A DNA stretch of 64,000 nucleotides, from NCBI GenBank assembly GCA_963793305.1, contig CAWBZV010000005.1:1408001-1472000 (forward strand). Direction: 5' to 3'. Of this stretch, positions 1 to 13,970 are shown piece by piece; position 1 is the first letter of the stretch, and each line of letters opens with the position of its first letter. The notes beneath the pieces were generated by a model. The model was given only the letters and a program-made list of their open reading frames with translations. It did not search any database and was not told the DNA's origin. Both the position numbers and the translations under genes were made by a program. This DNA is from an uncultured Gemmatimonadales bacterium (GTDB lineage: Bacteria; Gemmatimonadota; Gemmatimonadetes; Gemmatimonadales; Gemmatimonadaceae).

Positions 1-112
1 TCTGCACGACATCGGTCGCCGGGCGAGGGGCGAGCGACATGCCGACGATGCCCTTTTGGAGATCGATGAGCACGAGCGCGGTCGTGCGCGGGTCGAGCGC
101 GTCGATCGTCAT
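1..112 (-). CDS. Isochorismatase/cysteine hydrolase family protein, 5' part only (runs off window)
   Basis: Manual translation MTIDALDPRTTALVLIDLQKGIV matches the family N-terminal motif ALVLIDxQ; ATGA overlap with the upstream gene stop at 109-111. Confidence 0.8.
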   Translation of the reverse strand, partial: MTIDALDPRTTALVLIDLQKGIVGMSLAPRPATDVVQ

Positions 113-810
113 CCGATGCGCTTCCACGTCACGTCCCGGCCTTCGCGACGATCCACGAAGCCGATAATATGTCCGCGCTCGTCGCGCTGGAAGATGCGCC
201 TCGTGCGCGGCTGACCCGGTTCGAAAAAGACGTTCGGGCGACTCGGGGCGGAACGTCCGATCGGGGCGCCCTTGGCGCGCGACGACCAGACGATCACCGT
301 CGCATCGAATTGTCGCCACGATATCCGCCGTCATCGAGTACTGGCCAGCGTACGAGCACAGGGTCGCGCGATCGAGACGGATCGGCGGCGGGTCCTGGAG
401 CACCGCCAAGACCTGCTCGCCAATCAACCGCCAGCCATCGGCCGAGCGCACCCAGGTATCCGTCATCCGGAACCGACTCCGGATGATCTGTCCGTGATAG
501 TCGAGGTACTCGGCGTCCTCGTGCGTGACTACCGCCATATCTCCCGTCGTGGCCACGCGAAAGTCGTCGATATCGAGATGCCCCGTGAGGCCGGGTCCGA
601 GCGGTTGGAGATTGGCGAGGATCTCCGCTTTGTCCCGCACGACGTCGTTCTCATCGACCTGCGTCGCGAGCGAGTCGAGCAGGCGGTTCCAGGTCGCCGT
701 ATCGCCAGGGGCAATCGCGTCGAGCAGCGCCTGCGTATTGTGCCGGAGCTCGGCCTCGACGGACGATTGCGCGGCCGCCCGCGCGCCGCAGGCGGCGAGG
801 AGCAGCGCGC
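109..810 (-). CDS. Secreted NTF2-like (DUF4440-like) protein with C-terminal beta domain; +1 frameshift near 229-235; start uncertain
   Basis: Manual translation ...ALLLAACGARAAAQ...ALLDAIAPGDTATWNRLL...RFRMTDTWVRSADGWRLIGEQV...; the C-terminus (VFFEPGQPRTRRIF...WKRIG) continues in the 109..297 frame. Confidence 0.6.
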
Positions 811-1262
811 TAAACGCCTTTCTCCTGCAGGAGCGCCATGAACTGCGACGGCTCCGTGAGCGCGAGCAACCGCTGGGGGACATCGGGCTCCTTGCTGAAC
901 TGCGCGATCTTGCCGAGCACCGGCAGATATTGGTTCGAGATCTCGAGCGGTGGAGCGACGATGAGGAAGAAGAAGTAGACCGGCTTCTCGTCGATCGCCT
1001 TGAAGTCGACGCCGGCGGCCTTCCGGCCGAACGCGACCCGGAGCTTGTTGACCACGAGCGACCGCGCGTGGGGGATCGCGATCCCGCGACCGATGCCGGT
1101 CGAACCCAGGTTCTCGCGGCGCTTCAACATCTTGAACAGCATGCCATCCGATTTCTCGTCGAGCTTGAGCAGCGAGATCAGCTCCTTCAGGATCTCGTCT
1201 TTCGTGTTCCCTTGCAGGTCGAGATTGATCGCGTCTTCAGAGAAAAACTCGCGGAGTTCCAT
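810..1262 (-). CDS. PTS IIA domain protein (fructose/nitrogen type, PtsN-like)
   Basis: RRENLGSTGIGRGIAIPHAR phospho-His motif; 150 aa. Confidence 0.9.
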   Translation of the reverse strand: MELREFFSEDAINLDLQGNTKDEILKELISLLKLDEKSDGMLFKMLKRRENLGSTGIGRGIAIPHARSLVVNKLRVAFGRKAAGVDFKAIDEKPVYFFFLIVAPPLEISNQYLPVLGKIAQFSKEPDVPQRLLALTEPSQFMALLQEKGV

Positions 1263-1346
1263 GGATCCCCTTGTGTCTCAAAACCTCGGAAACTATTGCC
1301 TTTGCCGGGCTGGCGGTAGGAACGGTCCCGGCCGTAAACTCTTGGT

Positions 1347-1992
1347 ATGCTCAAGCCCTTCAGCGGGACGATCTTGGCCGTCTATGGGTCTCTGATCCTT
1401 TCGGCCTGCGGCAATAGCTCGACAGGTCCGCATGCGCCCTCGCCGGCGCAGATCGCCAGGCACATCGACAGCCTGATGATTGCGACGCGCAACGGATCGC
1501 GTTTTGAGCTTCTCTTTGTCGCTTTGGACGGCCCCGCCGAGGGCGTTGCTCCGATCACGGTGTCGGTCACGACGGCTTCCGGACCCCAGCAGTGGCAAGG
1601 GTACATCTTGAAGTACGCGGGATCCGTCGCCAGCGCGGACTCGAACTTCGATCTGATCGCCTATAGCGACTACGCGCTGACGAATGTGCTCTGGGTCGAG
1701 AAGCGATACTTCTCCGCGCAGGAACGTCACGACGGCCGCCAACCTGCTCACGGATACCACGACCCTGATTTCTCAGGGTTCCGGTACCATGACCGCGATG
1801 ACGGAATCCACTGGCGGTTCCTGCCAACTCGCGTCCGGTCTCGATGATCCGAGCGTGCTTCCGCCCGGCACGTGCAACCTGGCGACGTTTACGGGAAGTC
1901 TCTCCTGGTCGTTTCCCGTCAGTGGGACGTTTCAGACGATCTCGATCGCCTCTCAGACCTTCTCAGGTCTGACCGATAGCACGAATCCATAG
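1347..1992 (+). CDS. Hypothetical lipoprotein, +1 frameshift near 1722-1728
   Basis: Lipobox LSAC; Ser/Thr-rich protein-like sequence continues in the 1684..1992 frame. Confidence 0.55.
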
Positions 1993-2005
1993 GTTAGATT
2001 TCGCC

Positions 2006-3007
2006 ATGCCACGCACGCGCGCGTTCCCATACCCGGTAGCCGCCGAGGTGCCACTTTACCTGGCGCCAATGGCGGGGGTCTCGGAATCGCCCTTTCGCCG
2101 CCTCTGCCGGTCGTTCGGCGCCGACGTCGTGGTCACGGAGTTCCTGTCGGCCGAGGGCATCCGGCGCGAGAACCCGGCGACGTGGGACAAGCTGCGGTTC
2201 GGGCCCGATGAGCGGCCGATCGGCGTGCAGATCTTCGGCGCCGACGCGGGCGCCATGGGCGAGGCTGCCGCGCTGGTGACCGATGTCTTTCAGCCCGAGT
2301 TCATCGACATCAATTTCGGCTGCCCGGTCAAGAAAGTCGTGCGCCGGAACGGCGGGTCGGGATGTCTCAAAGATCTCGGCCTCGTCGAAGGCGTGATTCG
2401 AGCAGTTCGCGCCTCTACGTCCCTACCAGTCACGGTCAAGATCCGAAGTGGCTGGAGCGAAGAGATGCGCGACCCGGTCACGATCGCCCTGCGCTGTCAG
2501 GACGCAGGCGCCGGTGCCCTGACGTTGCATCCACGCACGCGCGCGCAGATGTACACGGGCGCCGCGCGCTGGGACGAGATCGCCGCGGTCGTCGACGCGC
2601 TCGACATCCCGGTCATCGGCAACGGTGACATCAAAACCGCCGCCGACGCACTCCGCATGCAGCAGCAGACTGGCTGCGCTGCCGTGATGATCGCCCGCGG
2701 CTCGTTCGGCCAGCCGTGGATCTTCACGCAAGCGCGCTCTCTCCTCGACGGGCGCGCGATGCCGAGCGAGCCACCCGTCCGCGAGCGGTTCGCCATCGCG
2801 CTCCATCACGCGAGGATGGTGATGGCGTACGAGGCCGACCTCAAAGGCGCGGCCATCGAGTTCCGCAAGCACCTCGGCTGGTACGTGAAGGGTTTGCCCG
2901 GCTCGGCCGAGCTGCGCCAGCGTCTCCACGCGGTGAACGCGTTCGACGAAGTCGAAGGGCTGTTCGCCGAGTATCTCGAACACTCGCACCAGCTCGCGGT
3001 CGCGTGA
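2006..3007 (+). CDS. dusB: tRNA-dihydrouridine synthase B
   Basis: LAPMAG, IDINFGCP, VTVKIRSGW, GNGDI, RKHLGWY motifs. Confidence 0.92.
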   Translation: MPRTRAFPYPVAAEVPLYLAPMAGVSESPFRRLCRSFGADVVVTEFLSAEGIRRENPATWDKLRFGPDERPIGVQIFGADAGAMGEAAALVTDVFQPEFIDINFGCPVKKVVRRNGGSGCLKDLGLVEGVIRAVRASTSLPVTVKIRSGWSEEMRDPVTIALRCQDAGAGALTLHPRTRAQMYTGAARWDEIAAVVDALDIPVIGNGDIKTAADALRMQQQTGCAAVMIARGSFGQPWIFTQARSLLDGRAMPSEPPVRERFAIALHHARMVMAYEADLKGAAIEFRKHLGWYVKGLPGSAELRQRLHAVNAFDEVEGLFAEYLEHSHQLAVA

Positions 3008-3789
3008 TTCGCGAGCAGGCGCTCGCCTTATTGCAGCAGGTCGCCGCGGGCACCCTCGACCCGCGACAAGCACTCGATGCGCTCGCGCTCGCGCCGGCCG
3101 CACAATCGCCGTACGCGACCGTCGATCACCATCGGGCCTTACGCCAAGGATTTCCCGAGGTCATCTACGCCTCCGGCAAGACGACCTCCCAAGTGCTCGC
3201 GATCGCCTCCGAGCTCGAGCCCCATGGTGATGGCGTATTGATCACCCGTTGCGATGTCGCGCTCTTTGCCGCGTTCGGCGACAAGTACCCGACGGCTGAG
3301 ATAAATGAGCTTGGCCGGACGGTCTACGTGCCGCCAACCGATCCGTCGAGAGTGCCGAAGGGCAAGGGAACAGTGCTCATCGTCACCGCCGGTACGAGCG
3401 ACCTCCCGGTGGCCGAGGAAGCCGCGGCGACCGCGAAAGCGCTCGGCGATACCGTTGCGCGGGCGACAGACGTTGGCGTCGCCGGCATTCACCGGGTACT
3501 CGCCCACGGCCGGGATCTCATGAGCGCCGCGGTCGTGATCGTCGTCGCCGGGATGGACGGCGCGCTGCCGTCAGTGGTCGGCGGGTTGGTGGGCGCGCCG
3601 GTGATCGCCGTGCCGACGAGCGTCGGATACGGCGCGAGCTTCCAAGGCCTGGCGCCGCTCCTCGCCATGCTGAACAGTTGCGCCGCCGGCGTGAGTGTAG
3701 TCAACATTGACAACGGGTTCGGCGCGGCAATGGCCGCCTCGCGGATCACCCACGCGTCGGTTAGATTTGATACGTCGGGGGCGAACTAG
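3004..3789 (+). CDS. larB: LarB-like (PurE/AIR-carboxylase fold) nickel-pincer cofactor biosynthesis protein
   Basis: DHHRALRQGFPEVIY, TAGTSDLPVAEEA, VPTSVGYGA, VNIDNGFGA; GTG start overlaps dusB stop. Confidence 0.85.
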   Translation: MIREQALALLQQVAAGTLDPRQALDALALAPAAQSPYATVDHHRALRQGFPEVIYASGKTTSQVLAIASELEPHGDGVLITRCDVALFAAFGDKYPTAEINELGRTVYVPPTDPSRVPKGKGTVLIVTAGTSDLPVAEEAAATAKALGDTVARATDVGVAGIHRVLAHGRDLMSAAVVIVVAGMDGALPSVVGGLVGAPVIAVPTSVGYGASFQGLAPLLAMLNSCAAGVSVVNIDNGFGAAMAASRITHASVRFDTSGAN

Positions 3790-4134
3790 GCTCGACATGT
3801 GTCGGTATATCGGTGTTGCGTGCCCAGGTCCTCGGGCTCCTGGTAAAACACTCGGGAAAAAATCACAAAAGCCAACAACAACATGGCTCTGGCTGCGTAA
3901 CTTCGGTTGCGCGCCTTGCCGTTAGGGAAGCCCGCCCGGGGCGGCTCCGACGGTATCGCAAATCTGGGCTAGCTGAGCGTCGCGCCTTCCGACGCCTAGC
4001 GAATCTCTATGAGGGCTCGTCCAGCAGTGGGTTGCTCACTGGCCAGCGGCTGGAGACTTTAAGTAGCGAGCTACGCACGTAGACGCGCTGATTGATCGGC
4101 GGCATGGACCGGGGGGCAGTACCCCGCGCCTCCA
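3777..4134 (+). ncRNA. ssrA: tmRNA (one-piece); tag reading frame 3871-3900 encodes ANNNMALAA*
   Basis: Acceptor stem GGGGGCG (3777-83) / CGCCTCC (4127-33) with G3:U70 and discriminator A; 5' motif GAACTAGGCTCGAC; T-arm CGGGG-GGCAGTA-CCCCG; tag ends ALAA; CCA not encoded. Confidence 0.95.
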
Positions 4135-4140
4135 TTGACA

Positions 4141-4170
4141 ACTAAGGCGTCCCTTCGGGGGCGCCTTAGT
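4141..4170 (+). terminator. Hairpin downstream of ssrA, likely terminator or processing stem
   Basis: ACTAAGGCGTCCC-TTCG-GGGGCGCCTTAGT stem with UUCG tetraloop; weak U-tract. Confidence 0.7.
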
Positions 4171-4275
4171 GTCATCATGCATGTGCGGAGAGTCGCACTG
4201 TGTCGTAGCTACGCGACGAGTCGCGAAGCGACGAGGAGATGAGTTTCGTTTTACCCCGTGTCTCGTCTCTGAGAC

Positions 4276-6246
4276 GTGAAACGTTGGGGTATCGCCGCCA
4301 AAATCTCCCTCGCCGTCACCCTCGCCGCGGTCCTCGGCGTCGGACTGGCGGGCGGATTCGCCTGGCGCGAAACCGATAACCGTTTCCTCGCCCACGATCT
4401 CGCCAACGCCGACGGCCAACTCGGCAACGATGTCAAGATCGCCAGAGCCTTATTCGATACGCAGGTGCCCGGCCCGTGGCACATCGTGCCGGCCCGTCCC
4501 ACGGACGCCCCGACCGATTTCTACAACGGCAACGGCAAGAAGGACGAGTACAAAGGGTCGGAGAAGCTGGCCGGCTATCTGTACAAGGGCACGACCAAGA
4601 TCATGGGCGACCATGATATCGAGAACACGCTCCTCTCGATCGACAGCCTGACCGGCGTCGAATTCACGATCTCGCAGCGCATCCCGCCCCCGGCGGAGGC
4701 CTCGGCCGATCCCACGGTCGGCGGCGCGACAATGGGCCGCGCCCTCCGCCTGGCAACGACCGTGTCCCGCCTCGATGCCAACGGTGTCCGCCAGGTCCAG
4801 CTCCTGACGGTGATGCCGACGCGTTCGACGCAGACGGGCAAGGTCGTCGGCGCTGGCGCGGCCTTCGCGAGCGGCTCGACGTTCACCGGCCGCGCCATGG
4901 TCGCCGGCGAGGATCGCTGGACGCGATATGAGCCGATCGTCGACGCGGACGGCCAGGTCATCGGGATCTTCTACAGCGGGCTCCCGTTGGCCCCCTACGT
5001 CGCGCAAGCCCACCACGCATCGGCCGCCGTCGCCCTCGTGACCGACAGCGTCGGGCTCGTCGTGGTCCTCATGATCTGCGTCGGCGTGTTCCTGCTCGTC
5101 CGCTACCTCCTCGGTCCGCTGCAATCGATCCGCTCGGCCGCGATCGCACTCGCCGCCGGCCAGCTCGACTCCCGCGTACCGGTGCTCGACGACAGCGAGA
5201 TCGGCCACGTCGGCAAAGCCTTCAACGACATGGCGGCGCAGCTCGAGCAACTGAACGAGCGGATCGTGATCTCGACCGAGCAGCTTACCGCGTCGAGCAA
5301 ACAAGTCGACGCCGCCGCCAGCGCCGCATCCGTGGCCACGCAGCAAGTCGCGAGCTCGATCGGCGAGGTCTCGCACGGGGCCGCCGAGTCGGCCGCGCGC
5401 GTCGAGGAAGCCACGAAACAGGCGCACCAGGCGCTCGTGCACGTGCGCTCGATTCAGGACGAAGTCGGACGCGCGCTCATCGAAGCCGGCGCCACGGACG
5501 CGATGGCGTCCGATGGTCACCGCCTCATCGCGCATAGCCTGAACGTGACCAGCGGCGTGCGCGACACGGTCGGACGCGCCAAGGGCGTGATGGTCGACCT
5601 CGAGGCGCAAGCCGAGCAGATTCAGTCCATCGTCGCGATGATCAAGCGCATTGCGTCGCAGACGAACCTCCTGGCGCTGAACGCGGCGATCGAAGCCGCG
5701 CGCGCCGGCGACGCGGGCCGCGGATTCGCGGTCGTCGCCAACGAGATCCGCTCGCTCGCCGACGAAGTGCGCAAGTCGTCCGACAACATCGGCGAGATCG
5801 TCGGCGAGACGAAGCGCCGCACGGGCAGCGCCGTCGCGCTCATGAGCGATGTCGACGCCGAGACGCAAGCGGGCGCCGACGCCGTGCGGGAGAGCGACGA
5901 GGCGTTCCGGAACATCTCCACGGCGGTCACGCACTTGAGCACGCAGATCATGGCGATCAAGACCGCCGCCGAAGCCGTCGCCTCCGGGGTGGCGCTCCTC
6001 GACACCGCGATCGCCGGCGTCGCCGCGATTGCCCAGGAGAGCGCCGCGACCAGCGAAGAAGTCTCGGCACTCGCCGAGGAGCAAACCGCGACGCTCGCCG
6101 AGATCACGCGCGAGATCCACGAGGTGTCGAACATGGCCGAGGCGCTGCGCCAGGTCGTGGGCGCCACGACGACCGGCAACTGGGCGACCACGACCGCGAT
6201 CCGCGCCGCCGCGCCACGTCCGAAAACGGCGATGGCAGCAGACTAA
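4276..6246 (+). CDS. Methyl-accepting chemotaxis protein (TM, Cache-like sensor, TM, HAMP, signalling domain)
   Basis: [27 protein letters not shown] hairpin tip; [17 protein letters not shown]; Cache-like [18 protein letters not shown]. Confidence 0.92.
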   Translation: MKRWGIAAKISLAVTLAAVLGVGLAGGFAWRETDNRFLAHDLANADGQLGNDVKIARALFDTQVPGPWHIVPARPTDAPTDFYNGNGKKDEYKGSEKLAGYLYKGTTKIMGDHDIENTLLSIDSLTGVEFTISQRIPPPAEASADPTVGGATMGRALRLATTVSRLDANGVRQVQLLTVMPTRSTQTGKVVGAGAAFASGSTFTGRAMVAGEDRWTRYEPIVDADGQVIGIFYSGLPLAPYVAQAHHASAAVALVTDSVGLVVVLMICVGVFLLVRYLLGPLQSIRSAAIALAAGQLDSRVPVLDDSEIGHVGKAFNDMAAQLEQLNERIVISTEQLTASSKQVDAAASAASVATQQVASSIGEVSHGAAESAARVEEATKQAHQALVHVRSIQDEVGRALIEAGATDAMASDGHRLIAHSLNVTSGVRDTVGRAKGVMVDLEAQAEQIQSIVAMIKRIASQTNLLALNAAIEAARAGDAGRGFAVVANEIRSLADEVRKSSDNIGEIVGETKRRTGSAVALMSDVDAETQAGADAVRESDEAFRNISTAVTHLSTQIMAIKTAAEAVASGVALLDTAIAGVAAIAQESAATSEEVSALAEEQTATLAEITREIHEVSNMAEALRQVVGATTTGNWATTTAIRAAAPRPKTAMAAD

Positions 6247-6326
6247 GCTGTCGAGGTCTACGGTATCATCGGGACGACAAAACTTGGATCTGTCTCCCGT
6301 CCTTGGTCCGCGCTACTCATGATGCC

Positions 6327-6611
6327 ATGCGTCATCCGGACCAGATCGAGGTGCAGAACGTCAACCACCCCGGGCGGATTTCAATCGTCGACGCGCGGAT
6401 GTACGTCGCGATCAAAACGGCATTCCTGGCCATCCTCCCGACGGGCACCCCGGGTCTCACGGTAGCGCAAATTCAGGAGCTGGCGAAGCATCGCTTTCCG
6501 CGCAATGTGAACGCGAGCTGGTGGGTGAAGACGGTGCAGCTCGACCTGGAGGCGAAGGGGATTATCGCCCGCGAACGGTCTTCGCCAATTCGCCTTTATC
6601 GAGTCAACTAG
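6327..6611 (+). CDS. Small hypothetical protein (resembles DUF6958 family)
   Basis: NVNHPG and WWVKTVQLDLEAKGII motifs. Confidence 0.6.
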   Translation: MRHPDQIEVQNVNHPGRISIVDARMYVAIKTAFLAILPTGTPGLTVAQIQELAKHRFPRNVNASWWVKTVQLDLEAKGIIARERSSPIRLYRVN

Positions 6612-7452
6612 CCGAAGATCTTCTCGGCGAGCGCCCGAACGCTCGCATGCGTCACGCCGCGCTCGCTGAGCGCTCGCAATCCGTGCGCTGGTCGCAGCGC
6701 GAGATAGGCGAGAAGGATGTGATGCGAGGCCAGCGCGCAGTCGCCCAGGAACTGCTGCTCACTCTTCGCGGCCGTGAGCAACTCACGGACCGACGTGGTG
6801 GCGCGGTTGCCCGCATCACGCGCATCGATCTCGTCCGACAACGCCACCATGTCAACGCCATGCATTTCGAGCACGTGGCGTGCACCGCTGTTGTCGGCCA
6901 GCACGGCGAGTAGAAGATCCTCGGGCGTCCGCGGACTCTTCACCTCGGCCAGGCTGTCCGCGAGCTGCCGTGTGAGAGCCCCGAGCTCAGAGACCCACTC
7001 TGAACCGGTGGCCTCACCGAGGAGCCGTCGGATCTCGCTGACGGTGCCGTCCAACGTGACGCCGAGCGCGGCCAGCGACTGCGCGGCAATCGACTCGCCT
7101 TCGCGAATGAGCCCCAGCAGGATATGCTCCTGCCCTACGTATATGTGGTCGAGATCACGCGCGGCAGCCATCGAGAGCTCAATCACTCTCTTGGCGCGCG
7201 AGGTGAACGGCAGGCCCTTTTCCCCAATCGGCGACGCCGAGCCACGCTCGACTCGACGTAGGACTTCGCGCTCGACCGTCGAGGGGTCGACCTGGAATTT
7301 CTTCAGCGCAGCCGCCGCGACACCATCCATGGTGCGCACGAGCCCGAGCAATACGTGCTCACAGCCAACAGACGGTTGGCCGAGACCAGCGGCCTCATGG
7401 AGCGCTCTAGCGAGTGTGTGCCTGACCCCTTCGGTGAAAGTGTACCCTTCCA

Positions 7453-7453
<1 letters not shown>
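6608..7453 (-). CDS. Clp N-terminal (Clp-R) repeat protein without AAA+ domain
   Basis: FT..., GCEHVLLGL, FTSRAKRVIELS...HIYVGQEHILLGL; ATG overlaps ppdK stop (TAATG). Confidence 0.8.
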
Positions 7454-10209
<2,756 letters not shown>

Positions 10210-10293
10210 AGCGCTGCTATTACCTCCTCCTCGCGCCTTGGTGGCCGGGCGCCTCGTCCGCCTTCGTGCTCACCAGGATCTCGATCGTGCTCC

Positions 10294-11685
10294 CTAACAC
10301 CCGCAGCCGAATCTAAGCTTGTCGGGGTCAGTCGGTGGAGGAGTGGGATAGTCGCCCGAGAAGCAGGCGTGGCAGAATCCTGAAGGCGTCCCGGGTACAG
10401 GCACGGACTCGAGCATTCCCTCGAGCGACAGGTACCCCAGCGAATCCACGCCGAGGTCTTTCGCGATCTCGTCGACCGTGAGGTTCGCCGCGATCAGCTC
10501 CTCGCGGTTCGGGGTGTCGATGCCGTAGTAGCACGGGCCCGTGATGGGCGCCGAGCTCACGCGCATGTGCACTTCGCGTGCGCCGGCCGCGCGGATCATG
10601 GCGACGAGGCCGCGGGTCGTGGTGCCACGGACGATCGAGTCGTCGACCATGACGACGCTCTTGCCGTCGAGCACGTGGCGCACGGCGTTGTACTTGACCT
10701 TTACTTTCGCATCGCGCCCAGCCTGCGTCGGCTGAATAAACGTGCGCCCGACGTAGTGATTGCGGATCAGCGCGAACTCGAACGGCAACCCGGACTCGTC
10801 GGAGTAGCCGAGCGCGGCCGAGTTCGATGAGTCGGGCACGCTGAACACGAGATCGGCGTCCGGGGCAGGGCACTCTCTGGCCAGCCGCCGGCCGAGCTCC
10901 CGTCGCGAATCCTCGACGGTCGCGCCGAACACGGTGCTATCGGGCCGGGCGAAGTACACATGCTCGAACACGCACCGGTGCAGTTCGCGCGGCCTGAGCG
11001 CCTGATACGCGCTGCGGCCATCGGCGTTGACGGTAATGATTTCGCCGGGCTTGACCTCGCATTCGAGCGTCGCGCCGACGATGTCCATGGCGCAGGTCTC
11101 CGACGCGAACACCGTCGCCCCGTCGAGCGATCCCATCACCAGCGGCCGGAACCCGCGCGGGTCACGCGCCGCGAGCAGCGTATCGCCGATCATCACCAAG
11201 AGCGCATACGCCCCTTCGACTCCAGCCAACGCCTGCGCGAGCTGCTCGGTCGGGGTCGAGGCGTCGGCCGTCGCCAGGCGATGCAGCAGCACCTCGGAGT
11301 CGCTGGTCGACGTGAAGATCGATCCACGATCCTCGAGCTCCAGCCGGAGCTCGGTCGCATTCGTGAGGTTGCCGTTGTGCGCGAGCCCGATCGGCGTTCC
11401 GCGGAACTGCACCAGCAACGGCTGCGCATTGTCGAGTGAGGTCGACCCGGCCGTGCTGTACCGCGTATGCCCGATCGCGATCGAGCCGGGCAGCTCGTTC
11501 TCGATGCGGTCCATTGGGAACGCGTCGGAGACGAGCCCCATCGCCCGCAACCGGTGCGCGCGATGATCGGCGTCGACCGAGATGATGCCGGCCGACTCTT
11601 GCCCGCGATGCTGCAGCGAGTAGAGCCCCAAATGCGTAACGGCCGCGGCATGGGCGGACCCGCGGACGCCGAATAACCCACACAT
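10294..11685 (-). CDS. purF: Amidophosphoribosyltransferase
   Basis: N-terminal Cys (MCGLFG), QHRGQESAGI, VDDSIVRGTT. Confidence 0.97.
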   Translation of the reverse strand: MCGLFGVRGSAHAAAVTHLGLYSLQHRGQESAGIISVDADHRAHRLRAMGLVSDAFPMDRIENELPGSIAIGHTRYSTAGSTSLDNAQPLLVQFRGTPIGLAHNGNLTNATELRLELEDRGSIFTSTSDSEVLLHRLATADASTPTEQLAQALAGVEGAYALLVMIGDTLLAARDPRGFRPLVMGSLDGATVFASETCAMDIVGATLECEVKPGEIITVNADGRSAYQALRPRELHRCVFEHVYFARPDSTVFGATVEDSRRELGRRLARECPAPDADLVFSVPDSSNSAALGYSDESGLPFEFALIRNHYVGRTFIQPTQAGRDAKVKVKYNAVRHVLDGKSVVMVDDSIVRGTTTRGLVAMIRAAGAREVHMRVSSAPITGPCYYGIDTPNREELIAANLTVDEIAKDLGVDSLGYLSLEGMLESVPVPGTPSGFCHACFSGDYPTPPPTDPDKLRFGCGC

Positions 11686-11690
11686 TGTCG

Positions 11691-13970
11691 CTAGACCGTA
11701 GTCAGAGGTTCCTCCGCCACCGCGACCGCGGCGGCGGATCCGGACATGATCGACGGGATCGCGTCGTGAAACGCCCGCGCCAGCTTCTCCACCTCGATCA
11801 GCATGGCATTGATTCGAAAGCCGGCCGTTTTCGCTCGCACCGTCCCGATACGCCTGGCGGGTACTCCGTGCGCCCCAGCCACGGCCAACACCGCCGCGGG
11901 ATCCGGCGTCGATATCACGACGCGACCTTGTCCCTCACCGAAAAGTAGCGCGTTGCGAGGCAGCTTGGCCCACGCTCCGAGGTCGAGCTCGGCGCCCTTG
12001 AGCGCCTCGATGTCGCCCACACAGCACTCCGAGAGCGCCACGGCGAGGCCGCCATCGGATACGTCATGGGCCGACCGCACGACCCCGCGCCCGATCGCGT
12101 CGAGCACCGCGTCGATCAGCTTGCGTTCCGCTTCCAAGTCGCACGCGGGCGGTGCACCGGCCACCATCCCATGAATGGTCGCCAGATACTCGCTGCCGCC
12201 CAACTCCGCCGTCGGCTCCCCGAACAAGACGATGGCGTCATCGAGGCACGTGAACGTGCTCGGCGTCGCGTTCGTGACGGGGTCGACGATGCCGACCATG
12301 CCCACGACCGGCGTCGGGTAGATCGCTCCGCTCGGGTTCTCGTTGTAGAGGGACACGTTGCCGCCAGTGACCGGCGTGCCGAGCGCTCGGCATGCCTCAC
12401 CCATACCCGCGATGGCCTCGCGCAGCTGGTAATAGACCTCGGGTCGCGTCGGATTGCCGAAGTTGAGGCAATTCGTGATCGCCATTGGCCGGCCTCCGAC
12501 GCAGGCGACATTCCGCGCCGCCTCGGCTACCGCGATCCGGCCACCCATTCTCGGGTCTAGGTACGTGTACCGCCCGTTGCCGTCGGTCTTGATCGCCAGC
12601 GCGCGGTTGGTGTCCCTGATTCTCACGACTGCCGCGTCCCCGCCGCCCGGACCGAGCACGGTATTGGTCTGCACGCTCGTGTCGTACTGGCGTGTCACCC
12701 ACCGCTTGCTCGCGATCGTCGGCGCGGCCAGTAGCCGCAGCAGCGTCTCGACCGCCTCTGTCTCGGGCAGCCCAGACAGGTCCCTCTCCCGGAGCTCGCG
12801 GATCGTGTCATCCTCGCGGGCGTTCGGCGTGTAGAACGGACACGAGGACACGAGCTCCGACCCGGGAAACTCCGCCACGACCCGCGAGCCTTCGGTGACC
12901 CGATACACGGGCTCCGCGATGACCTCACCGATGACCGCGGCCGCGAGATCCCACTTGGCGAGGATCTCCTCGACCTGCCGCTCCCGCCCACGCTTGGCGA
13001 CGACGAGCATGCGCTCCTGCGACTCGCTCAGCAGGATCTCATACGGCGTCATGCCGGTCTCGCGCACGGGCATCTTCGTCACGTCGATCGTGACGCCGAC
13101 ATCGCCCCGCGCCGCCATCTCGGCCGAGGACGACGTGAGGCCGGCCGCACCCATGTCCTGGATCGCGACGATATGCCCGCTCGTGATCAGCTCGAGGCTG
13201 GCCTCGAGGAGCAGCTTCTCAGTGAACGGATCGCCGACTTGCACGCGTGGCCGCTTGGCGTCGCTGGCCGCCGTCAGGTCTTCTGACGCAAACGAGGCCC
13301 CATGTATGCCGTCCCGTCCCGTCCGAGCCCCGACCGCAATGATCGGGTTGCCGACACCCTCGGCCTTGGCGCGGATCAATTCCTCTTCGCGCATGAGGCC
13401 GACGCACATGGCGTTCACCAATGGGTTGCCGGCGTACGACGGGTCGAATACCACCTCGCCGGCAACGGTGGGGATGCCCACGCAATTCCCGTAGTCGCCG
13501 ATCCCGCGCACCACGCCGGCGAACAGATAGCGCACGCGTGGCGAGTCGAGAGAGCCGAAGCGCAGCGAGTTCAGGACCGCAATAGGCCGCGCACCCATCG
13601 TGAACACGTCGCGTAGGATTCCACCGACGCCGGTCGCAGCCCCTTGGTACGGCTCGACGGCCGAGGGATGATTGTGCGACTCGATCTTGAACGCCACTGC
13701 CCAGCCATCGCCAACGGAGATGACGCCCGCGTTCTCGCCGGGGCCCTGTAACACATACGGCGCGGTCGTGGGCAGGCCGCGCAGCAAGGGGCGCGAGTGT
13801 TTGTACGAGCAGTGCTCGCTCCAGAGCGCCGAGACGATGCCGAGTTCCGTAAAGGTCGGCTCTCGGCCGAGCAGACGAACGATGCGCTGATACTCGTCCG
13901 GCGTGATTCCATGCTCGGCGATGAGCGCCGGCGTGATGATCGGATCACCGGGACGAGGCTGGACTGGCAT
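11691..13970 (-). CDS. purL: FGAM synthase subunit PurL
   Basis: [30 protein letters not shown]. Confidence 0.97.
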   Translation of the reverse strand: MPVQPRPGDPIITPALIAEHGITPDEYQRIVRLLGREPTFTELGIVSALWSEHCSYKHSRPLLRGLPTTAPYVLQGPGENAGVISVGDGWAVAFKIESHNHPSAVEPYQGAATGVGGILRDVFTMGARPIAVLNSLRFGSLDSPRVRYLFAGVVRGIGDYGNCVGIPTVAGEVVFDPSYAGNPLVNAMCVGLMREEELIRAKAEGVGNPIIAVGARTGRDGIHGASFASEDLTAASDAKRPRVQVGDPFTEKLLLEASLELITSGHIVAIQDMGAAGLTSSSAEMAARGDVGVTIDVTKMPVRETGMTPYEILLSESQERMLVVAKRGRERQVEEILAKWDLAAAVIGEVIAEPVYRVTEGSRVVAEFPGSELVSSCPFYTPNAREDDTIRELRERDLSGLPETEAVETLLRLLAAPTIASKRWVTRQYDTSVQTNTVLGPGGGDAAVVRIRDTNRALAIKTDGNGRYTYLDPRMGGRIAVAEAARNVACVGGRPMAITNCLNFGNPTRPEVYYQLREAIAGMGEACRALGTPVTGGNVSLYNENPSGAIYPTPVVGMVGIVDPVTNATPSTFTCLDDAIVLFGEPTAELGGSEYLATIHGMVAGAPPACDLEAERKLIDAVLDAIGRGVVRSAHDVSDGGLAVALSECCVGDIEALKGAELDLGAWAKLPRNALLFGEGQGRVVISTPDPAAVLAVAGAHGVPARRIGTVRAKTAGFRINAMLIEVEKLARAFHDAIPSIMSGSAAAVAVAEEPLTTV

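Noticed and set aside
1..810. Apparent NTF2-like / isochorismatase fusion frame
   Set aside because: Caused by the +1 insertion at 229-235
4175..4275. Riboswitch upstream of the chemoreceptor
   Set aside because: Only short hairpins; no match to c-di-GMP or other aptamer consensus that I can recognise
4450..6120. Long antisense ORFs (also 17809-19152, 23077-24747, 43561-45273 and others)
   Set aside because: Shadow ORFs expected from high-GC codon bias opposite well-supported genes
4134..6611. Genomic island integrated at ssrA
   Set aside because: No integrase and no duplicated tmRNA 3' fragment seen in the window
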